From the NCBI GenBank assembly GCA_963741795.1, contig CAVUJM010000007.1, positions 19,092-83,091 on the forward strand: 64,000 nt of DNA, in the 5' to 3' direction. Positions 22,421 to 33,324 of this stretch are shown piece by piece (position 1 is the first letter of the stretch; each line of letters starts with the position of its first letter). The notes beneath the pieces were generated by a model, which searched no databases, was not told where the DNA came from, and saw nothing but the letters and a program-made list of their open reading frames with translations. A program made the translations under genes and the position numbers. Source of the stretch: an uncultured Chloroflexia bacterium. GTDB lineage: Bacteria > Chloroflexota > Chloroflexia > Thermomicrobiales > UBA6265.

Positions 22421-22456
22421 GAACCGCCCGGTATCCGAGGGGATGCCGGGCGGTTC
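22421..22456. terminator. Hairpin between convergent small ORF and mscL
   Basis: GAACCGCCCGGTATCC/GGATGCCGGGCGGTTC 16-bp stem, T-rich tail on plus strand. Confidence 0.7.
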
Positions 22457-22486
22457 TCTCTGTTGTTCACTCTGCGTGGACAGTGG

Positions 22487-22915
22487 CTAGATCGCCGCCG
22501 TCGTGGCCGAGATCTCCGACGTGCATGCCGGGCAGCGTGTCGCGTCGATCGGCACGTCCGTCATGCAATACGGGCACTTCTTCAGCGTTGGGCTCTCCGG
22601 CTCCTCACGCTTGGAGCGCTCGAGCAGGTGATTCATCGGTTTCACGATGAAGAAGAAGACAACGAGCGCGATAATCAGGAACGAGATCACGGAGTTCAGG
22701 AACAGCCCGATGTTGAACTGGCTGCCGTTGATCGTGAACGTGATCCCACTGAAGTCCGGCTGGCCGCCAATCGCCGCGATGAGCGGCGTGATCATGTTGG
22801 CGACGAGCGAATTGACGATCTCGTTGAATGCCGCGCCGATGATAACGGCGACAGCCAGCGAGACGACGTTACCCCGGAGGATGAATTCCTTGAACTCCGA
22901 TCCCCAGGATCGCAT
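22487..22915 (-). CDS. mscL: Large-conductance mechanosensitive channel with C-terminal CxxC...CxxC tail
   Basis: EFKEFILRGNVVSLAVAVIIGAAF; GGAGGTGA RBS. Confidence 0.95.
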   Translation of the reverse strand: MRSWGSEFKEFILRGNVVSLAVAVIIGAAFNEIVNSLVANMITPLIAAIGGQPDFSGITFTINGSQFNIGLFLNSVISFLIIALVVFFFIVKPMNHLLERSKREEPESPTLKKCPYCMTDVPIDATRCPACTSEISATTAAI

Positions 22916-22996
22916 GGTTCACCTCCTCTTTCCCGCTCCGACCGCATCCCTACCCGGCCAAAGTCCGGACCTCACAGGGAGCCGATATGGAATGGA

Positions 22997-23035
22997 ATAA
23001 CCCCCTGGCACCAGTATAGGCACCAGGGGGGTTAT
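22997..23035 (-). terminator. Hairpin downstream of secreted-protein gene
   Basis: ATAACCCCCTGG...CCAGGGGGGTTAT inverted repeat. Confidence 0.55.
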
Positions 23036-23051
23036 CGTGGAAGCGCGTCGT

Positions 23052-24386
23052 TTACGGCGCGCAGGAACTCTCGCTCGCGGCCAGCGTGTAGTACGCCTCA
23101 CCTTCCTCATACCCCATCTTGAAGTAGTCGCCACAGGCGTTCGTGAAGTTCGTGTTGACACCCGACGAGGTATAGACCTCGAAAGTGGTGCCCACCACCG
23201 GGCCAGAGCTCGCGCCGGCCGGCAAGGTGCCGTCAAAGACCACCAACCCGTCCACCGTGATGGTGAGGTAGATGTCCGCGTCGGCGGTCACGTTGATCGA
23301 GGTGACGTACTCGCCCGCTTCGGAGGTCGGGGCCGCCTGCTGGGTATCGGTCGTGGTGTCGGCCTGCTCCTGGAGGCTATCGCCGCTGGTGGAGGTCGTG
23401 CCACTCGTGCCGTCAGAAGCGGTCGTCGTGCTCGTCGACGTGTCGGTGGTCGCGTTGGCCGAGCCCTGCGCCGCGCCAGCGGTCGCGTCGCCGACCTCCT
23501 CGCCCAGATACACATAGACAAAGACGGCCGGGCGGGAGCCCTCGTTGGAGACCCGCGTGTCGTTCGGGACGGACTGGCCATCGCCGCTCGCGAGCGCGCT
23601 CAGCTGGCCATCGACATCGACCTGCACCTCGCCGGAAGTGACCATGATCATGCCGGCGCCACTGTTATCCGGCATGTCGGCCGACTCGCCGGGCTGGAGC
23701 ACGTAGCGCGTCATCATCATGTCGTAGACGCCCTCGTCCACCCGATCGAGCACCGGGCTCTGGTAGAAGGCGTCGAGGTCGACGTTGTCCGGGTCGACGA
23801 GCTCAAACCACCACAAGGTGGACTCCTCATCCTCGGTCATCGTCGTGTAGGAGTCATCCGACGCGCGGAAGAAGGCCTCGCCCGGGTGCATCAGGGCGCG
23901 CTTGCCCGTGGCGTTGTTGCGGATCACGCTGGTGCCGTCGCGCTGCAGCAGAATGGCCTCGTCGGAGGTTTCCGCGCGGGCATCGTCCACGTTCGGCACG
24001 GTGATCTCCCGCACCTGCCAGACGAGATCATCACCACTGGCGTAGGCAAGCCCGTGCGCGAGCACGGCCGGCGCGCCAGGTCCGGCGGCGTCCTCCGCCC
24101 GCTCGGCGAGCCGCGGCTGACTATTGGTGGACGTGCCGGTCGCGGTGTTGGACGGCGCCTGCGTCGGCTGCGCGGTCGGCTGGACCGTCGCCTCCGGCGT
24201 GGAACCCTCGTCCTGGGTGTCCTGCGGGGCGGTCGGGTCGTTCGGGACGAGCTGCGCAGGGTCCTGCGTAGGTTGCGCCTGCTCGTTCTGCGCGTATACC
24301 GGGGCGCCGGCGGCCATCCCGATCACCAGCGTACATGCCAGGATCGACAGCCACCTCCGGACGGCGTTCGCGTTGCCACGATTCAT
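23052..24386 (-). CDS. Secreted protein with cupin-like domain(s), Thr/Ser/Gln-rich linkers and a C-terminal beta domain (DUF4115/RodZ-C-like)
   Basis: Signal peptide ending VYA-Q; YVLQPGES...IMVTSGEV cupin pattern; YLTITVDGLVVFDGTLPAG; GGAG RBS. Confidence 0.65.
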   Translation of the reverse strand: MNRGNANAVRRWLSILACTLVIGMAAGAPVYAQNEQAQPTQDPAQLVPNDPTAPQDTQDEGSTPEATVQPTAQPTQAPSNTATGTSTNSQPRLAERAEDAAGPGAPAVLAHGLAYASGDDLVWQVREITVPNVDDARAETSDEAILLQRDGTSVIRNNATGKRALMHPGEAFFRASDDSYTTMTEDEESTLWWFELVDPDNVDLDAFYQSPVLDRVDEGVYDMMMTRYVLQPGESADMPDNSGAGMIMVTSGEVQVDVDGQLSALASGDGQSVPNDTRVSNEGSRPAVFVYVYLGEEVGDATAGAAQGSANATTDTSTSTTTASDGTSGTTSTSGDSLQEQADTTTDTQQAAPTSEAGEYVTSINVTADADIYLTITVDGLVVFDGTLPAGASSGPVVGTTFEVYTSSGVNTNFTNACGDYFKMGYEEGEAYYTLAASESSCAP

Positions 24387-24702
24387 GTGGTTCTCCGTTT
24401 GCTCAAGGTGAACAGCCAATGATCGGCGATGCCGTCTGCGGCTCCGCCTGCGATCAGTCACCGGGCCCTTCCCTTGCCCTGCGGCTGACGTGTCGCGAAG
24501 AGTATCATGATGCGCGGACCGGCCTGCCGCGAGGGCGCTCGCCCCATTCCGGCGAACCCGCGCCCAACCACCGCGCCCGTCGCTCGCCAAAGCATACGGA
24601 TTCGACGCGGCCCACGCACATAGTGACCGTACACAGTTTACACCGATTCTGCGGGAGTGAACACTCCCTCGTTCCCAAATCCTGAAGGACTGCCACGGCC
24701 CC

Positions 24703-25281
24703 ATGAGCGATCAGCAGCAGAACCCGCGCCCGCCACGCCCCCGCAGCGCGGCGCCCTCGACTCCGAAACGCATGACGGCGCCGAGCGGTGTCTCGCTCAC
24801 GACGCTCATTTCCGGCGTCGTGGCGCTGCTCCTGCTCGGGATGACGATCTGGATCGTGAACCTGCGCGGGGATGTCGCCGACCTCCAACGCGACGTCGAC
24901 CGCATTCAGGGAGAGAACAGCACCTTGCGGGCCAGCGCGAACGCGACGGTCTACCAATTGCTGCCGACCGAGGACGCCCCGCCCAACGCGAACGCCCAGG
25001 CGTGGTTCTCGGTACAGGGATCCGGCGTGCTGTCGGCGGCAAACCTCCCCCAGCCGGACGACGGCTCCGTCTACCAGCTCTGGTACATCACCGATTCGCC
25101 GACCAACCCGGTCCCGGGCGGCACGTTCTCCGTCGATCGCACCGGCCAGGGATTCATGCTGATCCCCGCGGACGTTGACGGCGTGACCTCGATCGCGATC
25201 TCGCTGGAGCCGGAGGGCGGCAGCGCGTCGCCCACCGGCGCGATTCTGCTGACCAGCGACGTCTCGGACGCGCGCGGATAG
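24703..25281 (+). CDS. Membrane protein with RskA-type anti-sigma C-terminal domain
   Basis: One TM helix, coiled coil, LPQPDDGSVYQLWYI, AISLEPEGGSASPTG. Confidence 0.82.
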   Translation: MSDQQQNPRPPRPRSAAPSTPKRMTAPSGVSLTTLISGVVALLLLGMTIWIVNLRGDVADLQRDVDRIQGENSTLRASANATVYQLLPTEDAPPNANAQAWFSVQGSGVLSAANLPQPDDGSVYQLWYITDSPTNPVPGGTFSVDRTGQGFMLIPADVDGVTSIAISLEPEGGSASPTGAILLTSDVSDARG

Positions 25282-25366
25282 CCCAGATCGGACCCGGGTC
25301 TGGTACCGTCTGGACAGCACCTTGCCGGATGCCCGGCGGGCATCCCCATCACGAAAGCATCTGCTC

Positions 25367-26989
25367 GTGGCCCTGCGATCGCCCACCATCACGCCGAGCG
25401 ATATCCCCGGGACGGGCCCTTACCCCGCCCCGGTGCAGGATGGTGCCCCCCGGGTGCACCAGGCGCCGGCCACGGCGACTGACATCCTTTGGCTCGTGAT
25501 CGCGATCCTGCTCAGTCTCGCCGCGCGCGTGCCCTTCCTGACGATCCCGATGATCCACGACGAGGGTGGGTATGCCTACGCGGCGCGGGGCTGGCTGGAG
25601 GGAACGGGTGATCTCTACGATGACCTCTGGATCAGCCGCCCGCAGGGGATATTCGCCCTCTACGCGCTCGTCTTCGAGACGCTCGGCACCAGCGTGCTCG
25701 CCCTGCGCTTCACGGCCTGGCTCTTCGCCGCGCTGACCGTCTATGCCGTTTGGCTCTATGGCCGGCGCTGGACGTCGCCACGCGTTGCCAACCTCGCCGC
25801 CATCCTCGCGGCGTTGATGCTCTCCTGGCCAAGCTTCGAGGGGTTCACCGCCAACGCCGAAGTGTTCATGGGCATGCCGGCCGCCTTCGCCGCGTTCTGG
25901 CTGCTGCGCATGGCCCAGACGCGCTGGTCCTCGCCACAACTGGTCGGGGTTGGAGTGCTGATCGGTCTCTCGACCGTGCTCAAACCGTCTGGCATCGTCA
26001 TGCTCCCTGTCGCCTGGGCGATGCTCTGGCTGGTTGATGACACGACACGCCGTGAGCGGCTCCGGCGTGGCGGATGGGTGCTGCTCGGGCTTGGCATCGT
26101 CGCCGCGGTCACCTTCATCCATGGTTACTTCCTCGGGTGGGACGACTTCTTCTACGCCACTGTCACCTACCGTTTGACGATGCAGAGCAGCGCGACCGTC
26201 TCGCTCTCGCGGCATCTGTGGGCGATCGGGGCGCTGACGCTGGCCTCAGCCCCGCTTGTCGGGATGCTGCTGATGATCTGGGCGTTCCGGACACGCTTCC
26301 CCTTGCGCGCTGTCCTCGACGCCGACATTCGAGGCCCGCGGCAACACTGGATCCGGGTACGCCGCCCGGCACACCCAGGCGGCTTACTCCTGGCGTTATG
26401 GATGATCGGCGCAGGGATCGGCATCGCGATGGGAGGAGATTGGTGGCGGCACTACATGATCCAGGCGGTGCCCCCCCTGTCGTTGTGGCTGGCATGGAAC
26501 ATCGACGGCATCCTGCACGCCCTGCGACGATGGCGCCGGGGCCTCGCCACCGTGCTGGTGGCCACGCTGGTGTTGCTGCCGTTCACGATGCTCGCGGGCG
26601 GCCGGGACGGGCTTCTGACCGCGCTCTACAACCACCCCGGCTACCCGGCGCAAGCGGAAGTGGCCGCCTACATCCGGGCGCATACGGACCCGGACGACAC
26701 GATCTACGTCGCCTTTGACCAGGCCTCGATCTACTACCTCTCCGACCGAAAGCCAGCCTATCGACACCTGTATGACCAGGAGCTGCAGGCCCTGCCGGAG
26801 TCGTACGCAGACATCATCGGCATCATCAGCGGACCGGATCGTCCGGTCTACATCATCAGTACGCTCCACCCGGGCCCGTTCCCGGACGATAGCCGCGCGT
26901 TCTGGCGTGAGGTCGGACAGTACTACGACCTCGAGACCACGATCGACGGCGTCCCGATCTACCGCGCGAAGGATGCACCAGCGCCATAG
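25367..26989 (+). CDS. GT-C membrane glycosyltransferase (GT39/ArnT-like); start uncertain
   Basis: HDEGGYAY, LYDDLWISRPQG, multiple TM helices, ANAEVFM, WWRHYMIQ. Confidence 0.8.
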   Translation: MALRSPTITPSDIPGTGPYPAPVQDGAPRVHQAPATATDILWLVIAILLSLAARVPFLTIPMIHDEGGYAYAARGWLEGTGDLYDDLWISRPQGIFALYALVFETLGTSVLALRFTAWLFAALTVYAVWLYGRRWTSPRVANLAAILAALMLSWPSFEGFTANAEVFMGMPAAFAAFWLLRMAQTRWSSPQLVGVGVLIGLSTVLKPSGIVMLPVAWAMLWLVDDTTRRERLRRGGWVLLGLGIVAAVTFIHGYFLGWDDFFYATVTYRLTMQSSATVSLSRHLWAIGALTLASAPLVGMLLMIWAFRTRFPLRAVLDADIRGPRQHWIRVRRPAHPGGLLLALWMIGAGIGIAMGGDWWRHYMIQAVPPLSLWLAWNIDGILHALRRWRRGLATVLVATLVLLPFTMLAGGRDGLLTALYNHPGYPAQAEVAAYIRAHTDPDDTIYVAFDQASIYYLSDRKPAYRHLYDQELQALPESYADIIGIISGPDRPVYIISTLHPGPFPDDSRAFWREVGQYYDLETTIDGVPIYRAKDAPAP

Positions 26990-27072
26990 GCACGGCGATG
27001 GCTCACTCTCCTACCCTCAACCCGAGCTATGTCGCGCGGTATTGCTCCGTGTTTGGGAATGCGTCCGGCTCT

Positions 27073-27435
27073 CTACAGGCGCCAGGACGGCTCGTCGTGG
27101 CCGTCCTCATGCTCCGGAACGAGCGTGTGCGACTCATCGATCGCGCCCGGGGTCTCCATCCGCTCCTGCATCTGGTACGCGGCATGGCCGATGACATGGG
27201 ACGAGATGGGCGTCGTCATCGCGACCAACAGCACGATCAGGATGATGCGATGGGTCATCTGGTCGGTGGCGACCACGGTCGTGCTCAATGAGAGCAGGAT
27301 GATGCCGAGGAACACCGACTTGCTCGCGCCGTGCAGCTTCGTATAGATGTCCGGCATCCGCATGATGCCGACGACGCCAAGCGTGATAACCAGCAGCGAC
27401 AGGATGACGAGGACGTCGTAGAGGTACGCATCCAT
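27073..27435 (-). CDS. mrpG: Mrp antiporter subunit G
   Basis: GIMRMPDIYTKLHGASK, TPISSHVI. Confidence 0.92.
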   Translation of the reverse strand: MDAYLYDVLVILSLLVITLGVVGIMRMPDIYTKLHGASKSVFLGIILLSLSTTVVATDQMTHRIILIVLLVAMTTPISSHVIGHAAYQMQERMETPGAIDESHTLVPEHEDGHDEPSWRL

Positions 27436-27437
27436 GG

Positions 27438-27704
27438 CTAGAACAGCCTCCTCTCGCTGTGGTAGCGGGCGGCGGCGATGACCGAGATGAACGAGATCAA
27501 GGCCAACACCAGCGCGGCGTCGAGGTAGTACGAGCTATCGGTGGTCACCGAGTAGATAACGAGCAGCGCGACGGTGACAAGCGTCAGGGTATCGAGCAGC
27601 AACACGCGCACGAGCCCGGATTTCGCCCGCACGGTCATGATGACGAGGCTGGAGAACAACGCGACCAGCCAGACCAGCGCTACGTAGAACGTCACGTCAT
27701 GCAT
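27438..27704 (-). CDS. mrpF: Mrp antiporter subunit F
   Basis: RVLLLDTL, YLDAALVLALISFISVIAAARY; operon order. Confidence 0.88.
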   Translation of the reverse strand: MHDVTFYVALVWLVALFSSLVIMTVRAKSGLVRVLLLDTLTLVTVALLVIYSVTTDSSYYLDAALVLALISFISVIAAARYHSERRLF

Positions 27705-28239
27705 CGCGCGGTCCCTCCGTGTCGTCACGCCCCCGCGTGCCTTCGGGGAGATAGGATCCGTACTCCCAGAGGCGGTAGTACTTCTCCGCGTCCTTGCGCA
27801 CGCCATCGGGATCATGGGCGTCGATGACATGGACCAGCATCACGCCCTCCGTCCAGTCGATATCGACGAGGAAGGACCCGGGCGACAGGGTGATGAAGAA
27901 GCCGACAGGCCCGACACCCGCCACGCTATGCGCCCCGATCGGGATCTTGACGATACCCGGCTGCACGAGCGGCCGTAGCCCCAGCGTGATCGTGATGATC
28001 TGCCAGGTGCCTTTGAGGATGTCGATCAGCAGGAACCAGAACAGCACCGGCGAGTAGATAACGAGATGCAGGGCGAGCCCGGCCGGCGGAAGGGATCGCG
28101 GCAGCGCCTGCTTGCGGAAGACCACCAGCAGCGCACCGGCCAGCGTGAACGCGACGACCATGTTCTCCCACGAGAAGTCGCTCACGACGAGCGCGAAGAC
28201 CATGGCGGAAGAGATGAGGATGCCGAGGACCAGGATCAT
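27697..28239 (-). CDS. mrpE: Mrp antiporter subunit E
   Basis: PGIVKIP, ITLSPGS, LVHVID. Confidence 0.9.
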   Translation of the reverse strand: MILVLGILISSAMVFALVVSDFSWENMVVAFTLAGALLVVFRKQALPRSLPPAGLALHLVIYSPVLFWFLLIDILKGTWQIITITLGLRPLVQPGIVKIPIGAHSVAGVGPVGFFITLSPGSFLVDIDWTEGVMLVHVIDAHDPDGVRKDAEKYYRLWEYGSYLPEGTRGRDDTEGPRDA

Positions 28240-29606
28240 GGGTTCATCGCCTCCGGCAGCGAGAGCGCCGCGCGCTCGGCCATATTCAGCAACAGCTCCG
28301 GATAGACCCCGATGAACAGCACCAGCAACGCGAGCACGACGATGAGCGCCTGGATAGCGACCGGGCTGGTGTCGGCCTCGTCGATTTCGCTCGTGCGGCG
28401 GCGGTAGAGCTGGAACATGTAGACGAACGAGAGCGCCCCGCCGAAGAAGACCAGCGCGATGATCCAGGGGCGGTCATCCTCGACGGCGATGCGGAACAGC
28501 GCCATTTTGGCCAGGAACCCGCCCGCCGGCGGCAATCCGGCGACGCTGAACGCGCCGATCACGAACGCGGCGCCCGCCAGCCAGCCGCGCAGCGATCCGG
28601 AGAGGAACAACAGCACCTTGTTGAGGCTGTTGAGCACCGCGTAGATCACCGCCGCCGCCCATCCGGCCGTCCCGCCGATGGCGAGGGCGACCATGATGTA
28701 TCCGACCTGGCCAATCGCGGAATACGCGAGGACCTCGCTTGTGGCGTGGCGGGAGATGGCCTGGTGCGCACCGTAGATGATGCTGGCCGCGCCCAGGACA
28801 AGCAGCACGCCGGACGCCGCCGCGAGCTCGCGCGGGAAGATATCCGCCCCGAAGCGGAGCAGGCCGTAGGTGCCGATATTCGCCAGCGCGCCGCTGAGAA
28901 TCGCGGCGACGGCCGGGCGCGTGCCGGTATAGACCGCCGGCAGCCAGAAGTGGAACGGGAAGAGACCCAGCTTGACTGAGAACGCGACGAAGATGATGGT
29001 CGCGGTGAGGATCGCCGGGTTCTCCTGCACCAGCGGCATCTGGTCGCGGATGCGCTCCATGTCAAGGAAGCCGGTGGTGTGGTAGATGGCCGAGATACCG
29101 ATCAGGAACAGCACCGATCCGAGCAGGTTCACGGTAATGAACACGAATGCGGCGCGGAACTGGCGCGGGGTCTCGCCGTACCCCGTCAGGATGTACGACG
29201 AGATCATCGAGATCTCGAAGAAGACGTAGAAGTTGAAGGCGTCGCCGGTAAAGACGAGTCCGGTCATGCCGAGCGCGAGGAAGATGACGAGCGCCGGGAA
29301 GATGCGCGCGCCGACGTCGCCGATGACCTCGTACGCCAGCGCGACGATGAGCGCGACCTGCGACAGCAACGCGAAGACCACGCTCATCATGTCGATGCGG
29401 AGCGTGATGCCGATGCCCATGTCCCAACCGCCGACGGCCATCGTCTGCTGGCCGTGTTGCGAGACATCGACCGCGATCACGATCGTCGCGGCGATCGCCG
29501 CCGCCAGGATGCCGACGCCGAGCCAGCCAACCCGCTTACGCGTGCCGTCCGTGACGGCGAGGATCAGGCCGCCAACCCAGAGGATGACGAGGGGAAGCGC
29601 GATCAT
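28236..29606 (-). CDS. mrpD: Mrp antiporter subunit D
   Basis: GDAFNFYVFFEI, KLGLFPFHFWLP, LAYSAIGQVGY. Confidence 0.92.
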   Translation of the reverse strand: MIALPLVILWVGGLILAVTDGTRKRVGWLGVGILAAAIAATIVIAVDVSQHGQQTMAVGGWDMGIGITLRIDMMSVVFALLSQVALIVALAYEVIGDVGARIFPALVIFLALGMTGLVFTGDAFNFYVFFEISMISSYILTGYGETPRQFRAAFVFITVNLLGSVLFLIGISAIYHTTGFLDMERIRDQMPLVQENPAILTATIIFVAFSVKLGLFPFHFWLPAVYTGTRPAVAAILSGALANIGTYGLLRFGADIFPRELAAASGVLLVLGAASIIYGAHQAISRHATSEVLAYSAIGQVGYIMVALAIGGTAGWAAAVIYAVLNSLNKVLLFLSGSLRGWLAGAAFVIGAFSVAGLPPAGGFLAKMALFRIAVEDDRPWIIALVFFGGALSFVYMFQLYRRRTSEIDEADTSPVAIQALIVVLALLVLFIGVYPELLLNMAERAALSLPEAMNP

Positions 29607-30040
29607 GGACGTCCCTCAGCGCTGGCATACACCTCGGACGGGCTGCCGTCGGTGTCGTCCTCGATATCCTCGCGCAGGTCCTCGGAGGCGGGTTCTTCCC
29701 GTTCCGCCTGCTGCTCTTCCGCCGCGGAGAGTCGCTGGATGTCGACCGAGTAGTGCGATGTGTAGACGCGATAGACGAGGACCAGCGCCAGCGCCACGAC
29801 GGCGAAGCTGATGACGATCGCCGTCAGGACCATCGCCTGCACCAAAGGATCGGCCATCTCCCCCTCGTTCGGGAGGATCGCGGCCGAGCCCCGGCGAAGC
29901 GCGGAGGCCATGATGAACAGGTTGGCGGCGTTGCCGATCAGGACCATGCCGGCGATGAGCCGAATGAGGTCCCGCTTGAGCATCAGGTAGGCGCCGGTGC
30001 CGAACATGGCAGCGATGGTGAGAGAGAAGAACAGGATCAC
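29603..30040 (-). CDS. mrpC: Mrp antiporter subunit C
   Basis: NAANLFI, ADPLVQAMVLTAIVISF. Confidence 0.93.
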   Translation of the reverse strand: MILFFSLTIAAMFGTGAYLMLKRDLIRLIAGMVLIGNAANLFIMASALRRGSAAILPNEGEMADPLVQAMVLTAIVISFAVVALALVLVYRVYTSHYSVDIQRLSAAEEQQAEREEPASEDLREDIEDDTDGSPSEVYASAEGRP

Positions 30041-30576
30041 GGCGTCACATCCTCCGTGTCACCGGCATGGATCGACCGCTCGACATCGCGCCGCCGTTGT
30101 TGGCGGGCGCGCTCGCGCAATCGGGCTTGCCGGGTCTCCGCGCGTGCGACAGCCAGGACCGCGCCCACGGAAAAGCCATAGACGATGAGGAAGACACCGA
30201 TATCGAACGCCACCGGGGTGATAAACTCCAGCGCGCCGAAGTGGTACGCGTGCTCATTGATGCGCGGCCAATGCATGAACAGCGGGTCGCCGAACAGGAG
30301 CGGGGTGAACGCCACCGCGAGCACGAGGCCAAGCCCAATGAAGCTCACGACGGGCGCATAGCGCGCGACAGGCATATGCTCCAGCTCGTCGGCCCCGAAG
30401 GCCAGCCCCTGCAGGAGGACGACCAGCGCCGCGATCACGCCACCGGAGAACCCGTCCCCGATATCGACGTAGCCCTTCAGCATCATCCCGATGGCGATGA
30501 CCCACCCGGGGATCAGCAGGATGCGCGCGGCGCTCTGCAGCATGCCGGCATTGTGGTGCTTTCCGCTGCGTGGCAT
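30037..30576 (-). CDS. mrpB: Mrp antiporter subunit B
   Basis: GDGFSGG, FDIGVFLIV; operon order. Confidence 0.88.
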   Translation of the reverse strand: MPRSGKHHNAGMLQSAARILLIPGWVIAIGMMLKGYVDIGDGFSGGVIAALVVLLQGLAFGADELEHMPVARYAPVVSFIGLGLVLAVAFTPLLFGDPLFMHWPRINEHAYHFGALEFITPVAFDIGVFLIVYGFSVGAVLAVARAETRQARLRERARQQRRRDVERSIHAGDTEDVTP

Positions 30577-32907
30577 CAGCGCAACCTCCCGCTACGGAGC
30601 AGGCTGAGCACCCCGAGCAATGTCAGCGCAATCACGGTGACCTCGCCCATGGTGTCGAACCCACGGAAGTCCGCGAGGATCACGGTCACGATGTTCTTGC
30701 CATGCACGGCCGGGGTCAGCACGCCGAACGAGTCGATGACCTCGGTCGTCGGCGCGGGCCGCGAGAGCGCGCCCCAGGCGACGAAGAAGATCAGCAGGCC
30801 GGCCACGACGGCGATGACGGCGTCGCGCGGGATGACCCGGCGGTCACCGCGCACATACGTCTCAAAGCGGAGGATCGGGCGCGGCATGAGCACCAGCATG
30901 CCCATGATGAACATCGAGAGCAGCGTCTCCACCACCAGCGCGACGACAGTAACGTTCGGCGCGCTCATGAAGGCGTAGACGGCGGCGAGGCTATATCCCG
31001 GCGAGGGAGAGCGCGATCGCGATCCGGAAATGGTCGCGGACGATAGCGACGACGAAGGCGCTGACCGTCGCGGCGATGAGCATGGTGATGACCGGCATGT
31101 TCTCGCGGGAGAGGCTGCCGACTTCGAACGAATTCGCGTTCGGCGTGACGATCACCGCGATCCCGACCAGCACACCTGCTGGCAGCAGGATCGTGGCGAC
31201 GCGGCTGCGCAGGTCCCGCACCTCGATCGCGTGGATGCGGTCGGAAAAGGCGTTGAGGTTGTGCAGACCCGCGTAGTAGAGATGGGCCGGCCCGAAGCGT
31301 TCACCGAGATGGGCGACGCCCAGCGCGAGGCTCCACCACAGGCGGCGCGTCAGGTAGATCACGATGCCAAGTGACCAGGTCGCGATCGCCATGAGGTTTT
31401 CCATCCGCGTATCGAGCGCGTAGGCGACATGGATGTGGATGTCCGTCGCCGCGCTTACGGAGGCCGCGGCGTCGGCAACCCGCACGATCGGCTCGGTCCA
31501 GATACCGTCCACCATGGCGATGATGCCAAGGATCACGACCGGCCAGACCAGATAGCCGGTAATCGGCCGCGGCTCGGTGCGGACCTTGCCCAGGAACGTC
31601 TGCAGCCAGAAGCGCGTGATGTAGGCAAACGAGAGCGCCGCTCCGACCACCGCGAGGACCACGTGCAGGGTCCCCTTCTCCTCCGCGGCGGCAAAAAAGA
31701 GCTCATCCTTGAAGAACCCGACGGTGAGCGGAAGGGCGATCAGGCCGGCCGACGCGAGGCCGCTGCCGATCGCGAGCAACGGCATCCGCCGCGCAAGCCC
31801 GCCAACGTCGGCAAGCGTCTTCTTGCCGGTCGCCTCGGTCACCGCGCCGGCGGTGAGGAACAGCGCGCTCTTCACGATCGCGTGGGCCAGCACGTAGAAC
31901 GTCGCCCCCGCGACTCCGTACTCGCCGCCCATGCCGAACATGAACACGACGTAGCCGTATTGGCTGATGGTCGAGTACGCGAGGATCTGCTTCAACACAT
32001 TGCGGGTCAGGGCGATGATGCCGCCGACGAGCATCGAGGCATAGCCAATCACCTGCAGCAGATCCAGCAGGCGCGTGTCCATGGCGATGAGCGGATAGAA
32101 ACGGCCAATGAGGAAGACGCCCGCCGCGACCATCGCCGCCGAATGCAGGTAGGCAGAGACCGGCGTCGGCGCGGCCATCGCGCGCGGCAACCAGAAGTGC
32201 ATCGGCACCTGCGCGCTCTTGGCGAGGGCGCCGATCATGATCAGCAGGACCGCCGCGCTGGCGTATCCGCGCAGCTCGCCTTCCGCGATGATCTCCGGCA
32301 GCGAGAAGGTGTTGTACTCGAAATCGAGCACGACCGCGCCGATCAGGACGAAGACGGCCGAGATGCCGGTGACCAGAATCGCCATCTGCGCGGAGCTGCG
32401 CGACTCCTCCTCCGCGCGGTCGAAGCCAATGAGGAAGTACGACGCGACGGCGGTGAGGTCCCAGAACAGGAAGATCAGGATCATGTCCTGCGCCATGACA
32501 AGGCCGACCATGGAGGCCATGAACAGGAGCAGGAAGCCGAAGAAGCGGATGCCCTCGCCGTCGCGCCGGTGCCCGTGGTGGAGGTGCAGCGGGATGTAGC
32601 GGGAAGCGTAGACGACGACGAAGAGGCCGATCCCGGTCGCGAGCAGGGCGTACATGCGCGCCAGCCCGTCGAGCTCGAGGTGGAACACGAGGTCCCAGGT
32701 CGGCGCCCACGGGACTTCGACCGTGGCGTCCGGCTGGGTAAAGGTCCAGAGGGAGACGGCGGCAGCCAGGGCAGTGGTGATGATCGCGGCACGCGGCACC
32801 CACGAGGCCCGCACAGCGCCAAGCAGCGACACGATCACCGGGGCGGCGAACGCGACGACAAGCAGCACCAGCGCGGGGTTGAGGTGGGCCAGGCGGCCGA
32901 TCTCCAC
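30576..32907 (-). CDS. mrpA: Mrp antiporter subunit A; +1 frameshift near 30996
   Basis: KSAQVPMHFWLPRAMAAPTPVSAYLHSAAMV, LAYSTISQ; joins APNV...NIVTVILADFRGFDTMGE. Confidence 0.92.
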
Positions 32908-33324
32908 GACTCCTCCAGAGATGACAATCAGGACACGATGATGCAGGGCCATCGGTCGGGTCGGGTACAGGTGGTCTCGGCTACGTTAAATCCGGGGCCC
33001 CGGAGGAAACCGGCGCAACGCGCCTCGCGAGATGTGTCGGGCCGGGCGGCCTTCTGCTCGATGGAACAGCCTGTCGGGCTGTCATTTCGGCAGTCCATGG
33101 CTGGCTGGCGGGCACCAGAACATTCCCATCGCGCGACTTCTCTCGCCACACCAATCGTACCCGAAACCCGGCCACCGTGTACACCTGAACCGTGATGCGC
33201 GGCGCGAGTACCGCTGCATCGAGTGCATGGCGATCCGCGTACATGTCTCGACCGGGCATGTCACGTATCATGGGACCGACGTCCGCCGGCACCGGCTCAG
33301 GCTTGACCCAAAGGACCCACACCC

